A DNA stretch of 64,000 nt from Acidiferrobacteraceae bacterium (GCA_003228915.1 QIGL01000052.1:13090-77089); one strand, 5' to 3'; positions 31,301 through 40,537 are shown, counted from the stretch's first letter. Numbers and translations: made by a program. The notes: a model not told the origin generated them from the sequence alone.

Positions 31301-33653
31301 AGACAGTGATTTAGCTGGAGATACGCAATTTACCGCGACCTTAACAGGCGGCGGTGGCAATATTGCTGACCTGGCAGGGAATGTGCTGGTAGGGGAGTAT
31401 GCATGGAGTTTTACCACCGGCCCTATTCCGGATACGACACCACCCACAGTTGAGTCGACTGTGCCTGCCGACACCGCCACGGTCATAGCGACCAACACCG
31501 CTATTACCGCGTTATTTTCTGAAGCTATTGATCCGGCAACCATCAACACCAGCAATTTTTCGGTATATGACAATACTAATTCATTATCGGTGAGTGGCAC
31601 GGTTACTTACAATGGTTTAACAGCGACCTTTACACCCAATACAGTTTTGGCCAATGACGCCTTACACACTGTGGCCTTATCCGGGGTAACAGACACCGCT
31701 GGTAATTCTTTGCCATTAACAAACTGGACGTTTACCACGGCAGCAGCGCCAGACATTACCAATCCTTCGGTAAATCTTCCTACTGTTCCCGCAGATACAG
31801 CGACAAATGTAGATATAACAACCGCAATCTCGGCCACATTTGATGAGCCCATGGATGCGGCAACATTAAGCACGGCAACCTTTACAGTTAATGACGACAC
31901 CAATATGTTAGCAGTTAGCGGCACTGTTACTTACGACGGTACCACGGCCACTTTTCAGCCGGATGCCGTCCTGGCTTTTTCTGCTGATATTACAGCCACT
32001 ATCAATGGCGCAACTGATCTTGCTGGCAATCCTTTACCACTTACCAACTGGACATTTACCATCAGCGCCGCACCCGATACCACTGGACCACAAATTACCA
32101 GCACCAGCCCGGTAAATTCGTCGACAGATATTAGTTTGCGGCCAACAATCACAGTCAAATTTTCCGAGCTTATTGATTGCGCGACCTTACTGGATTCTAG
32201 CTTGAGTTTAACGGGTGGGGCAGTGGTGACTTTTACGGCAAGTTGTGGCGCTGATACTGCCACATTTATCCCCACTTCGGACCTCACCGTGAATACAACT
32301 TATACGGCAACTTTAAATGGCAGCATTACGGATATTGCCGCTAATGTACTGGTAGCTGGTTCGATACCAAACCCGTGGACGTTTACGACAGCACCAGAAT
32401 TGTGGACCGTCCAGTTTGGCAGCGATTCTCATGACCAGGTCCGTGGCGTAGTGACCGATACTGCCGGCAATGTTTATATTACAGGATCAACACTTGGCAA
32501 CATGGATGACCAGGTAAATGCCGGGGGCAATGACATTTTCCTGACCAAGTATTCGCCGGCTGGGGAACGTCTCTGGACCAGGTTTGCGGGCACCAATAGA
32601 ACAGATGTGGCCAATGCGCTTGCGGTTGATAGCGCGGATAATATTTATATTGCCGGCTATTCGAGAGGAGATCTTAATGGTGAAACAAATAACAATTTCA
32701 CAAAAGATGTTGCGGTTATTAAATATGATGCCACTGGTGCACGACTCTGGACCCGTCTGCTCGGCACCGGTTCTGATGATTTTGCATCAGCTATTACCAT
32801 AGATGGATCAGACAATATCTATGTGACCGGCACCACGTTTGGTGATTTTGATGGTGCGAGCTCTATGAGAAATGGTAGTGAATTCTTTTTGTTAAAACTT
32901 GCTAGCAGTGGTGCTGAGCAATGGCGGACACAGTTAGGGAGCAGCAATGACATTGTGGCGCGTGGCATCACCACAATTGGTACCAATGTTTATGTCGTGG
33001 GCCACACTAATGGCGGTTTGGCCGAACCGGTAGCCAGGACCAACTCTGGGGCAACTGATATATTTTTAGCCCGTTTCTCGACTGCTATTGGCACGCTAGA
33101 TTTATCACAGCTTTACGGGAATTCAGCTGATAATTTGGGTCACGGGATTGTTGCCTTTGGTACAGATTTGTATATTACCGGCAACACCAAGGGCGGACTA
33201 AAGGGCCTCGGTGGAGTTAACGTGCCTAGTATTGGTCTCATTGATGCATTTTTGATGCAAACTGACACGGCTGGTGTTGTCCAATGGACCAGGATCATTG
33301 GCACATCAGCAGATGATTTAGGGAGGGGTGTTACTGTTGATTCCAGCGGCGGTATTTATATCACCGGTTATACCGTGGGCAGCTTTACTGGCGCGGCCAA
33401 TGCTGGCAGTAATGATTTGTTTGTCACCAAGTATGATACTTCCGGCGCAACTGCATGGGCTACTCCGGTCGTCCGACAACTCGGCAGCGCCGCAGACGAT
33501 ACCGCCCGCGCTATTACCACCTATTCGACTGCGGGCGTGACCGATGTATTTGTTGTCGGCGAGACCCTGGGCGCACTGGATGGTAATGTGTCATTCGGCT
33601 TGAGTGATTTTTTTGCGGTGAAATATGATGGTGCTACGGGAACCAAGAATTAA
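28323..33653 (+). CDS. Giant surface lipoprotein: 12 SbsA/Big_5-like Ig modules plus C-terminal SBBP beta-propeller repeats
   Basis: Lipobox LILASCGGGGGSGG. 12 modules each start D-x-T/S-P-P-T-V-S-S-T-V-P and contain ATFSEAL(N/D)PATIS. The C-terminal third has D-x-x-GN-(I/V)-Y-I-T-G ... ND-(I/L)-F-L-x-K-Y repeats. The ORF is open from 28311 (GTG). Confidence 0.85.
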   Translation: MVKQSISNYRPFLSSLIVSFFLLILASCGGGGGSGGGGSGGGDTTPPTVSSTVPTINATGAGLSSAFAATFSEALNPATISTASFSVVVTSGGAPVSGTVSYNGVTATFTPDSVLPGNTQFTATLTGGAGNITDLAGNPLAADYVWSFTTGIAPDGTPPTVSSTVPTANATGVSLNSAVTATFSEALNPATISTATFSVVVTSGGAPVSGAVTYNGVTATFTPGSALAGDTQFTATLTGGTGNIADLADNVLVADYVWSFTTGPAPDSTSPTVSSTVPTANATGVSLNSAVAATFSEALNPATISTATFSVVVTSGGAPVSGAVTYNGVTATFTPSSALPADTQLTATLTGGAGNIADLAGNPLAASYTWSFTTGPAPDSTSPTVSSTVPTTNATGVSLNSAISATFSEALDPATISTASFSVVVTSGGAPVSGTVTYNGVTATFTPSSALPGSTQFTATLTGTAGNIADLAGNPLATDYVWSFTAGAVPDSTSPTVSSTVPTTNATGVSLNSAISATFSEALNPATISTATFSVVVTSGGAPVPGTVTYNGVTATFTPSSALPGSTQFTATLTGTAGNITDLAGNPLTTNYVWSFTTVPPPDITPPAVSSTVPTTNATGVSLNSTVTATFSEALDPATISTASFTVVVTSGGATVSGTVSYNGVTATFTPDSVLPGNTQFTATLAGGVGNITDLAGNPLAASYVWSFTTQPDLILPDVISPLSPVSNATNVATNTNVSATFSEPITPGSVVFLLNGPGGAVSTSPPALTGNNDFVTINPAASLENNTTYVATISAARDIAGNNLAMPFSWSFTTVPAPDTAPPTVSSHTPIVGATGVSINSAISIIFSESMNLLTINETNITIDGGVSASSVTYSGVTAVFTPSVNLANNTTYTVTVTTGATDVAGNPIAANYTFSFTTAAAPDTTPPTVSSTVPATNATGISLNSAVTATFSEALNPATIILSTFSVVETIGGAPVLGAVTYNGVTATFTPDSDLAGDTQFTATLTGGGGNIADLAGNVLVGEYAWSFTTGPIPDTTPPTVESTVPADTATVIATNTAITALFSEAIDPATINTSNFSVYDNTNSLSVSGTVTYNGLTATFTPNTVLANDALHTVALSGVTDTAGNSLPLTNWTFTTAAAPDITNPSVNLPTVPADTATNVDITTAISATFDEPMDAATLSTATFTVNDDTNMLAVSGTVTYDGTTATFQPDAVLAFSADITATINGATDLAGNPLPLTNWTFTISAAPDTTGPQITSTSPVNSSTDISLRPTITVKFSELIDCATLLDSSLSLTGGAVVTFTASCGADTATFIPTSDLTVNTTYTATLNGSITDIAANVLVAGSIPNPWTFTTAPELWTVQFGSDSHDQVRGVVTDTAGNVYITGSTLGNMDDQVNAGGNDIFLTKYSPAGERLWTRFAGTNRTDVANALAVDSADNIYIAGYSRGDLNGETNNNFTKDVAVIKYDATGARLWTRLLGTGSDDFASAITIDGSDNIYVTGTTFGDFDGASSMRNGSEFFLLKLASSGAEQWRTQLGSSNDIVARGITTIGTNVYVVGHTNGGLAEPVARTNSGATDIFLARFSTAIGTLDLSQLYGNSADNLGHGIVAFGTDLYITGNTKGGLKGLGGVNVPSIGLIDAFLMQTDTAGVVQWTRIIGTSADDLGRGVTVDSSGGIYITGYTVGSFTGAANAGSNDLFVTKYDTSGATAWATPVVRQLGSAADDTARAITTYSTAGVTDVFVVGETLGALDGNVSFGLSDFFAVKYDGATGTKN
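28449..32395 (+). repeat. Intragenic tandem repeat array (~336-bp period, about 12 units; units 2-6 nearly identical at DNA level)
   Basis: The same peptide blocks recur every ~112 aa. Antisense shadow ORFs in the track recur at a 336-nt offset (29423..29626 and 29759..29962). Confidence 0.85.
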
Positions 33654-33679
33654 TCCTGTCCTTGGTTATATAGAAAAGC

Positions 33680-34570
33680 TTATTTTTTCCTCAATAAGCG
33701 GTTTCGAAAAGTACTCCCCGTTCCAGTTTCATCGCAAAAATCATGTACGTCTTTTGTGCGTATGCGTTTTTTCTTCAAGCTCGCCACGGGGCAACTTAGA
33801 GAAGCTTTGGCGTTAATGGTTGCCAGTTCCTGGGACAAATACGCCATTCTTTTGTACTCTATAAGCAAAGCGTGTATTCGTTTGCTGCCTCGTAAATCCG
33901 AGCCGGGGATTTTATGTAATTGTTTATAGATCCCGTCCAGTGAATTAAACTTAGCAAGCAGACTGGCAGCCGTTTTATTGCCAATGCCGGGTATGCCCGG
34001 TATGTTGTCAACATTATCCCCGGCGAGCGCTAACCAGTCCCTTAATTGCCTGGCGTGAACACCATATTTTGATTTGATATCACCGATTTTTAACTTGTCA
34101 TCTTTGGCGTAGTTCCAGAAAATATCCGTTGACTGCATCAGTTGAGCAATGTCTTTATCGCTGGTCACATAAATCATTCTAAAGTTTTTTGGTCGCAGCT
34201 TTCTGGCAATGGTGCCAATCAGGTCATCTGCCTCATCTCGATTTGATGAAAACGTTGCAAAGCCCAGTACCTGGGCAAGTTTTTTGCATAATTCAAATTG
34301 AGTCTTAAGTTCATCGGGCGGTGGTTCGCGATTTGCTTTATAGGCAGGATAAATATCATTTCTAAAGGAGTGGTCCAGGCTTTCATCAAAGGCAATGGCA
34401 TAATACTGGCCCCGGCTTTTTTTATGCAGGCCCAACAGGAAATTAGCAAAACCATAAACAGCATTTAATGGCTGACCAGCACTACTTTGGATACTGTCAG
34501 GCATGGAAAAGTAGGCCCTGAATATATAAATACTGGCATCAACGAGATAAAGTGGTTTTCGGGTCAGCAT
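33680..34570 (-). CDS. 5'-3' exonuclease / flap endonuclease (Pol I N-terminal domain family)
   Basis: 296 aa. LYLVDASIYIFRAYF, acidic clusters (FDES, SDKD) and the H3TH-like GIPGIGNKTAASLL. Confidence 0.85.
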   Translation of the reverse strand: MLTRKPLYLVDASIYIFRAYFSMPDSIQSSAGQPLNAVYGFANFLLGLHKKSRGQYYAIAFDESLDHSFRNDIYPAYKANREPPPDELKTQFELCKKLAQVLGFATFSSNRDEADDLIGTIARKLRPKNFRMIYVTSDKDIAQLMQSTDIFWNYAKDDKLKIGDIKSKYGVHARQLRDWLALAGDNVDNIPGIPGIGNKTAASLLAKFNSLDGIYKQLHKIPGSDLRGSKRIHALLIEYKRMAYLSQELATINAKASLSCPVASLKKKRIRTKDVHDFCDETGTGSTFRNRLLRKK

Positions 34571-34736
34571 GGGTCTGATCTTTTTTTGCTTTTTTATCTC
34601 GTAATTAAATATTTGTCGGTTCTATACGCGCTGAATCGTTATGGTAATGGCTTCATATCCGTTTCTATCCATGGCAAGAAAGTTGCGTGACTGCTAGAAT
34701 TCGGCCAGCTAATTTCCACGTAGAGGGTGCCAAACC

Positions 34737-34967
34737 ATGCCATATTTTGTTTTCCGGGTGTCAATTGACAAAAAGATACTAACAGAGCTTGATGTCTTTG
34801 ATAAATTTATAAAAGCAAAAGACTATTGTAGAGATTTTCGAAAAAAACAGCCAGCAGGGGAGTCTGACACCATCAGAATGGTGCACGCAAAAGACAAAAA
34901 AGAGGCGAAAATGTTATTGGGCGAAAAACATAAACCGTCATCACCTTTGGAAGAATGGGAAGCTTAA
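34737..34967 (+). CDS. Small hypothetical protein (76 aa)
   Basis: ORF only. It lies 18 nt upstream of the HIT gene on the same strand. No family recognised. Confidence 0.45.
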   Translation: MPYFVFRVSIDKKILTELDVFDKFIKAKDYCRDFRKKQPAGESDTIRMVHAKDKKEAKMLLGEKHKPSSPLEEWEA

Positions 34968-34985
34968 CCGTATACTTGCGAAAAA

Positions 34986-35408
34986 ATGATTGATCTCCAT
35001 CCCCAACTAGCTGAAGACACAATAATTATTGGCAGATTTGATCTTTGCATTTTACTGTTGATGAATGATGAAAATTTCCCCTGGTTTATACTAGTACCCG
35101 ACCGCAAACATATTCAGGAAATATTCCAGCTCGATAAAAACGACCAGCAAATTTTAATGGCTGAATCTTCTTTATTATCTGAAGCACTGGTCGAAGAATA
35201 TTCTGCTGATAAATTAAATGTAGCAGCCTTGGGAAATATTGTACCGCAATTACACATTCATCATATTGTCCGTTATAAAAACGACCCGGCATGGCCGGCC
35301 CCTGTATGGGGCAAGATTCCCGCTATCGCCTATACTGCACAAGCAGTGACAGACATAAAAGAAAAAATGCTTCAGTTGTTAAGTGGTCAGCTGACAGATG
35401 CTGGTTGA
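34986..35408 (+). CDS. HIT (histidine triad) family protein
   Basis: 140 aa with the histidine triad QLHIHHIV. Confidence 0.85.
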   Translation: MIDLHPQLAEDTIIIGRFDLCILLLMNDENFPWFILVPDRKHIQEIFQLDKNDQQILMAESSLLSEALVEEYSADKLNVAALGNIVPQLHIHHIVRYKNDPAWPAPVWGKIPAIAYTAQAVTDIKEKMLQLLSGQLTDAG

Positions 35409-35444
35409 TTGGCAAGTATCGGCCAAAGGTATTTGGAAAAAAGT

Positions 35445-36098
35445 TTACTGCACGAATAACAAATCAGAACTCTTACCAGGCTCAATTCTTTCAGGTTCTA
35501 TTCTCTCTGGGTTAATTCCCAGGGCATGCAGAATTTTTTCGGCCCGTTTACTGCCTGTACGCAACCATAATTCATAAGTCCTGAGGATATCACTGTCATT
35601 ATGTATATTTGTGCCGGCACTCACTTCATTCAGCAAATCGACACAGGCCACAAACTTTTCAGACAACTCAGAAAAAACAGGACTCAGTGTTGACTCGCGT
35701 CTTGTGCCACGCGTGCCAACACATAAACTGCCATAAGCAGAACCCCCCATGGCCACATAATAATCAATATCGATAATTTTTCTGTTCAGGCTGTCCGAAA
35801 AAAAACCTGAAACAAACAGGGCGATATCGCCCAGCCGTTTTAGAATTTTGTTTTGTTCGACAATGTTTGTACTTGCATGAACGTCGGCAAGCATTAATGC
35901 GAGGGGTTTGCCAGAGTCATTTGCTTGTGCATCACTATAATGGTCAGACCGTCCAAAAAGGGCGAGCAAATTGATCAGGTAATGGACGGTGTCATCCTGT
36001 GCCCGAAAATCCAGCGCCTCGATCGCCTCATGGACACGGCCAAAAAAGAACGACTGCAGGTTCTGGTTGGTAACAACGGCTGTTTCTGTTCTGCCCAT
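35445..36098 (-). CDS. Hypothetical protein (217 aa)
   Basis: Long ORF with ordinary composition. No family recognised. C-terminal PERIE-PERIE duplication. Confidence 0.55.
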   Translation of the reverse strand: MGRTETAVVTNQNLQSFFFGRVHEAIEALDFRAQDDTVHYLINLLALFGRSDHYSDAQANDSGKPLALMLADVHASTNIVEQNKILKRLGDIALFVSGFFSDSLNRKIIDIDYYVAMGGSAYGSLCVGTRGTRRESTLSPVFSELSEKFVACVDLLNEVSAGTNIHNDSDILRTYELWLRTGSKRAEKILHALGINPERIEPERIEPGKSSDLLFVQ

Positions 36099-36452
36099 AT
36101 ACTATATATAACCCCACCCCTATGATCTTGTTTCATTTTTATTGCCTATAGTTTAATTATAGGAAATATAAGAAAAAAAACCAGAAAATCATGGTAACTG
36201 CCAGCGTAGCGACCAAGCCTGTTTTTTGATGAAAAACTGGCCATGGATCGAGGTTTGTGGGGTTGGTGCGCAAATATTTTCAGACCAGGAAAAAGCTGTG
36301 ATATACCCCCACCAACTTTGACTTTTTGTCAGGTAGATGCAGAAAAGTGTCTGCCGTACACTAGGGTTTAAAGTTCGATATTTAAAAATTCCGATAAATC
36401 CTGAAAAAGTTGAAACGTAGTGTTAGCTAAAACCAGTCAATCTGAAAACGGA

Positions 36453-37439
36453 ATGAAAAATAGCCTGATCGATCCCTTTGGACGACGGATTGATTATGTG
36501 CGCCTGTCTGTTACAGATCGTTGCAATCTTCGTTGTTTTTATTGCCTGCCCAAAGGCTTTAAAGATTTTCAACATTCAGACAAATGGCTTAGCTATGAAG
36601 AAATAACCCGGGTACTGGCAGCATTCAGCAGGTTGGGTGTGGGTAAAATTCGTATTACGGGCGGTGAGCCCCTGGTACGCAAGAATTTGCCGCTGCTAGC
36701 CAGTATGATCTCGGCGTTACCAGGTGTGACTGACTTGTCACTCAGCACTAATGCGGTCTTGCTGGACAAACAAGCAGCGGCTTTGAAAAAATCCGGTATC
36801 ACAAGACTAAACGTGAGCCTGGACTCACTGAAGCCAGACCGGTTCAGGGAAATTACCCAGGGTGGGCGACTCGACAAAGTACTGCAGGGCCTGATGGCGG
36901 CCAAGGCAGCAGGATTTTCGCCCATTAAAATAAACATGGTAGCACTGAAGGGTGTCAACGATGATGAATATGAAGACATGGTGGATTTTTGTATCAAGCA
37001 TAATTTCATATTGCGTTTTATAGAAACCATGCCGGTAGGTGACACGGGTCGCAAGGCAATCGATGATTTTGATGATCTTCAGTTGTTGAAAAAAAGACTA
37101 ATGGAAAAATATAACCTGGTGCCTGGACTGGTAAATGAAAAAGGACCAGCACGGTATATGGAGGTACAGGGTAGCCGGGCGCAAATTGGATTTATCTCGC
37201 CTATGTCGCAACATTTTTGTGAAAGCTGCAACCGGGTCAGGCTTACCGGGGAAGGCAAGTTACTGCTGTGTCTTGGGCAGAGCGCAACATTTGATTTTCG
37301 ACCACTTTTAAAGCGAGGTGCCAGTGATCCAGAGCTGGAGTCTGCCATCAAACATGCAATCACGCTTAAACCAGAGCGCCATGACTTCAACGAAAACCCT
37401 GAGAAAATTTTACGGTTTATGTCAATTACTGGTGGCTAA
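36453..37439 (+). CDS. moaA: GTP 3',8-cyclase MoaA (radical SAM)
   Basis: CNLRCFYC radical-SAM motif, C-terminal CESCNRVRLTGEGKLLLCLG cluster motif. The ORF is open from 36420; ATG 36453 gives 328 aa. Confidence 0.93.
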   Translation: MKNSLIDPFGRRIDYVRLSVTDRCNLRCFYCLPKGFKDFQHSDKWLSYEEITRVLAAFSRLGVGKIRITGGEPLVRKNLPLLASMISALPGVTDLSLSTNAVLLDKQAAALKKSGITRLNVSLDSLKPDRFREITQGGRLDKVLQGLMAAKAAGFSPIKINMVALKGVNDDEYEDMVDFCIKHNFILRFIETMPVGDTGRKAIDDFDDLQLLKKRLMEKYNLVPGLVNEKGPARYMEVQGSRAQIGFISPMSQHFCESCNRVRLTGEGKLLLCLGQSATFDFRPLLKRGASDPELESAIKHAITLKPERHDFNENPEKILRFMSITGG

Positions 37440-37528
37440 TTGTAAGTGATTACTGCTGGCCGAGACTGGCATTTTACGATACCATCAGCGACTATTCATC
37501 ATAAATACCTTCGCATAAGCTCCCTGTT

Positions 37529-38935
37529 ATGAAAACTCGTACCCGTTTTGCACCCAGTCCAACTGGTTATTTGCATATTGGTGGCGCTCGCACCGCACTT
37601 TTTTCCTGGCTTTATGCGCGCCATCATGGCGGTGCGTTTATTTTGCGCATAGAAGACACGGATCTTGAAAGATCAACGCCTGAATCTGTGAATGCAATTC
37701 TGGAAGGCATGACCTGGATTGGTCTTGAGTATGACGAGGGGCCATTTTACCAGACTAAAAGATTTGATCGTTATGAGGCCGTCATCCAAAAACTGCTTAC
37801 TGAGGACAAGGCCTATAAGTGCTACTGCTCCAAAGAAGAGTTAACGACCATGCGTGAAGCGCAAAAAGCGAACAAACAAAAACCCCGTTATGATGGTCGT
37901 TGTCGACACAGAACAGGGCCACCACCTGCAGGCATCAAACCAGTTGTGCGATTTAAAAATCCTTTTGCAGGGGCAGTCATCATTGATGACCTGGTGAAGG
38001 GGCGGGTAGTGATACAAAATACCGAACTGGATGATTTAATCATTGCCCGGGGGGATGGTAGCCCAACCTATAACCTGACTGTTGTGGTTGATGATCTTGA
38101 AATGGGTATTAGCCATGTTATTCGAGGTGATGACCATTTAAATAACACGCCACGACAAATCAATATTCTAAAAGCGCTGGGCGCCGATATTCCTTTTTAT
38201 GCACATCTGCCAATGATTCTTGGGCCTGATGGTTCAAGACTGTCAAAACGACACGGCGCTGTCAGTGTGTTGCAATACCGGGAAGAAGGTTACTTGCCAG
38301 AAGCGTTGCTTAATTATCTTGCCAGGCTGGGATGGTCTCATGGTGACCAGGAAGTATTTTCTATCGACGAGATGATTCAGCTGTTCAGCCTGGAAAAAGT
38401 CAATAAGGCTGCTGCTGCATTTAACCCGGAAAAATTATTATGGCTGAACCAGCACTATATAAAAGAGAGCGATCCGGCCCATATTGCCCACCACTTGAGC
38501 TGGCACCTGGGACAGAGAGATATTGACCCTAGTAATGGCCCTGAGCTACTGGATGTTATTCAAACGTTACAAGAGCGAAGCAAAACCTTGGTAGAAATGG
38601 CAGAGGGCTGTCGCTTTTTTTACCAGGCATTCGAGTCTTATGATGAGAAGGCGGCCAGAAAGAACCTCAAGCCCACGATACAAGCCCCGTTGCAAGATTT
38701 TCGAGACAAGCTGGAGAAGCTCAGCAAGTGGGACCAGGAACAGATTCATAAATTGCTTGAGCTGACATGTGAAGCTCATGAGCTGAAGTTGGGTAAACTG
38801 GCGCAACCCATTCGAGTGGCAGTAGCAGGCTGTGCCGTTTCACCGCCAATCGATATTACACTCAAGTTACTGGGCAAGGAGACGGTCATATCACGGCTGG
38901 ATCGTGCGCTGATATATATAAAAGACCTGACTTAG
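37529..38935 (+). CDS. gltX: Glutamate--tRNA ligase
   Basis: [10 protein letters not shown] (HIGH motif), LSKRHG (KMSKS-type motif), 468 aa. Confidence 0.96.
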   Translation: MKTRTRFAPSPTGYLHIGGARTALFSWLYARHHGGAFILRIEDTDLERSTPESVNAILEGMTWIGLEYDEGPFYQTKRFDRYEAVIQKLLTEDKAYKCYCSKEELTTMREAQKANKQKPRYDGRCRHRTGPPPAGIKPVVRFKNPFAGAVIIDDLVKGRVVIQNTELDDLIIARGDGSPTYNLTVVVDDLEMGISHVIRGDDHLNNTPRQINILKALGADIPFYAHLPMILGPDGSRLSKRHGAVSVLQYREEGYLPEALLNYLARLGWSHGDQEVFSIDEMIQLFSLEKVNKAAAAFNPEKLLWLNQHYIKESDPAHIAHHLSWHLGQRDIDPSNGPELLDVIQTLQERSKTLVEMAEGCRFFYQAFESYDEKAARKNLKPTIQAPLQDFRDKLEKLSKWDQEQIHKLLELTCEAHELKLGKLAQPIRVAVAGCAVSPPIDITLKLLGKETVISRLDRALIYIKDLT

Positions 38936-39117
38936 CAGAAGAAGGTCAAAACCGGCGCCGAAACGGTTATTTTCCCAAACCAGCAATCATGGTCGTAATG
39001 CCTTATATATAGGTATAAAACCTTTCATAGCAAAATCAGGTGAATAACACGCTAAATCAGGCCTGTTACGCGATCCTGAGGCGATTTGAAGGCCAAATAC
39101 AGGGTATTAACTTGGCC

Positions 39118-39146
39118 TTGACCTGAGCGGGTTGCCCCCTTAAAGT
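39118..39146 (+). promoter_or_regulatory. Sigma-70 promoter candidate for the tRNA-Ala/tRNA-Glu pair
   Basis: TTGACC, 17 nt, TAAAGT, followed by a GC-rich discriminator-like acgccacc. Confidence 0.35.
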
Positions 39147-39233
39147 ACGCCACCTTTGACGCCAGCCGGGTCTGATTCGCGCTGTGCTGATTTGCTCGAA
39201 TTTGCCCGTAATGCGGGCAAAAAGAAGAAATTC

Positions 39234-39309
39234 GGGGCTATAGCTCAGCTGGGAGAGCGCCTGCATGGCATGCAGGAGGTCGGCGGTTCGATCCCGCCTA
39301 GCTCCACCA
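39234..39309 (+). tRNA. tRNA-Ala (anticodon GGC)
   Basis: Acceptor ggggcta/tagctcc with the G3:U70 identity pair, anticodon loop ATGGCAT, CCA end. Confidence 0.9.
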
Positions 39310-39341
39310 AATACGGCTAGTGATAGTCGCAAAAGACTTAG

Positions 39342-39402
<61 letters not shown>

Positions 39403-39417
<15 letters not shown>

Positions 39418-39662
39418 TTCATAAAGAAAAGACCCCTTCATGGGGTCTTTTTTTATGAATTATGTTTTTGTGGGAGGAGAACCCCGGGTTCGACATTGCG
39501 CAGGGATGCGCAGGTGTCGCGTAGGCCAGGGATGACCTGAGCGAAGCGAGGAAATGCTGAATGAAACCCGAAGGGGTTCTACAGTGGGCCGAGAGCGGCG
39601 ACCCTTGGGGACGCCATTCATAAAGAAAAGACCCCTTCATGGGGTCTTTTTTTATGAATTAT
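39403..39662. repeat. 61-bp perfect direct repeat (39403..39463 and 39602..39662) flanking a 138-bp insert
   Basis: Both copies read cccttggggacgccattcataaagaaaagaccccttcatggggtctttttttatgaattat. That is the last 15 nt of tRNA-Glu plus its terminator. The insert has inverted termini agaacccc (39478..39485) and ggggttct (39573..39580). Confidence 0.85.
39430..39454 (+). terminator. Rho-independent terminator after tRNA-Glu (an identical second copy lies at 39629..39653)
   Basis: Stem agacccc, loop TTCAT, stem ggggtct, followed by a T-run. Confidence 0.8.
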
Positions 39663-39774
39663 ATTTCGTTTTCTGCGGGGGAATACAAACCCTGAGTTGA
39701 TGACATATATCACAAAAAATGTTGGGTGTTAAAACGACGGTAACGATCGTAATCACTGTATTTCACGGCAATCG

Positions 39775-39803
39775 TATACCTGTGTCATACACACAACTAT
39801 AGT
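39775..39803 (+). promoter_or_regulatory. Promoter-like element with embedded TGTGT-N3-ACACA box (copy 0)
   Basis: tatacc TGTGTCATACACACAAC tatagt. Perfect 5-3-5 palindrome, weak -35, good -10. Confidence 0.4.
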
Positions 39804-39866
39804 TGACCAGTGCGGAGAAAGGGGTCAGCCAAAACGTGACGGGGCCTTAGCGCCTAACCTGTTTGC

Positions 39867-39895
39867 TTGACCTGTGTCCGACACGCACTTAATAT
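39867..39895 (+). promoter_or_regulatory. Sigma-70 promoter with embedded TGTGT-N3-ACAC box (copy 1), upstream of the second DsrE-like gene
   Basis: TTGACC TGTGTCCGACACGCACT TAATAT, 17-nt spacer. Confidence 0.5.
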
Positions 39896-40034
39896 CTTCC
39901 TTCGCGTTGTCGGTCTGTAAATATTAACAGGCGGAGGATTGTGTGTGTTCAGTTCAAGTAAAACGTTTCGTAAACTGCCTCAAGAGAAACCAAACTAATC
40001 ATTATACCGAGGCGATAATTGGAGGATATAAAAA

Positions 40035-40475
40035 ATGAGTAAATTAATAAGAAATTCAAGCCTGATTGTACTAATGTCGTTATTTGTTTTTGGGAATTTA
40101 AGCGCGTTTGCTGGTGCGAAATTGCCGCATAAAGTAGTAATCCAGGTTAGTACTGATGATCCAAGAACCCAAAAAATAGCATTGAATAATGCCGTCAACC
40201 TGCAGAAGCTTTATGGTATTGATAATATTAAGATTGAAATTGTTGCCTATGGTCCAGGACTTGGGTTGTTGACAACAAAGAGCAAGCAGGCCGATAGAGT
40301 GAAAAGCCTGGCAGTGCAGGAGATAACCTTTAGCGCATGCCATAATACTATGAAAGGTGTTAAACGCAAAACAGGTAAAATGCCCGTCCTGCTTGAAGGT
40401 GTCGGAATGGTCACAGCAGGTGTTGCCCGTATTATAGAATTGCAAGAACAAGGGTACGCCTACGTCCGACCATAA
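40035..40475 (+). CDS. Secreted DsrE/DsrF-like family protein (paralog of 3208..3654)
   Basis: GGAGG RBS, signal peptide (FVFGNLSAFA). IEIVAYGPG, FSACHNT and GYAYVRP align along the full length with the 3208 protein. Confidence 0.75.
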   Translation: MSKLIRNSSLIVLMSLFVFGNLSAFAGAKLPHKVVIQVSTDDPRTQKIALNNAVNLQKLYGIDNIKIEIVAYGPGLGLLTTKSKQADRVKSLAVQEITFSACHNTMKGVKRKTGKMPVLLEGVGMVTAGVARIIELQEQGYAYVRP

Positions 40476-40499
40476 AATTTAAGAAACCTAGCTGAATAT

Positions 40500-40537
40500 G
40501 GATAGATCGTGGTTCGTTTCGCTCTCACGATCTATCC
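40500..40537 (+). terminator. 12-bp perfect stem hairpin downstream of the DsrE-like gene (weak T tail)
   Basis: Stem ggatagatcgtg, 14-nt loop, stem cacgatctatcc, followed by aggttt. Confidence 0.45.

Noticed and set aside
28346-32287. Series of 60-120-aa antisense ORFs inside the giant repeat gene
   Set aside because: They recur with the 336-bp repeat period and mirror the sense-strand Ala/Thr/Val/Gly-rich coding sequence. They are shadow ORFs of a compositionally biased gene.
36099-36452. Moco riboswitch upstream of moaA
   Set aside because: I looked for the conserved Moco-motif stems in the 350-nt upstream region and could not recognise them by eye. This needs an Infernal/Rfam scan before any claim.
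39867-39895. Reading the TGTGT-N3-ACACA promoters as MerR/CueR-type, CRP-type or LexA sites
   Set aside because: MerR-type promoters need a 19-20-nt spacer, and these have 17. CRP sites are TGTGA-N6-TCACA (different half-site and spacing). The LexA CTGT-N8-ACAG pattern does not fit. The regulator family is left open.
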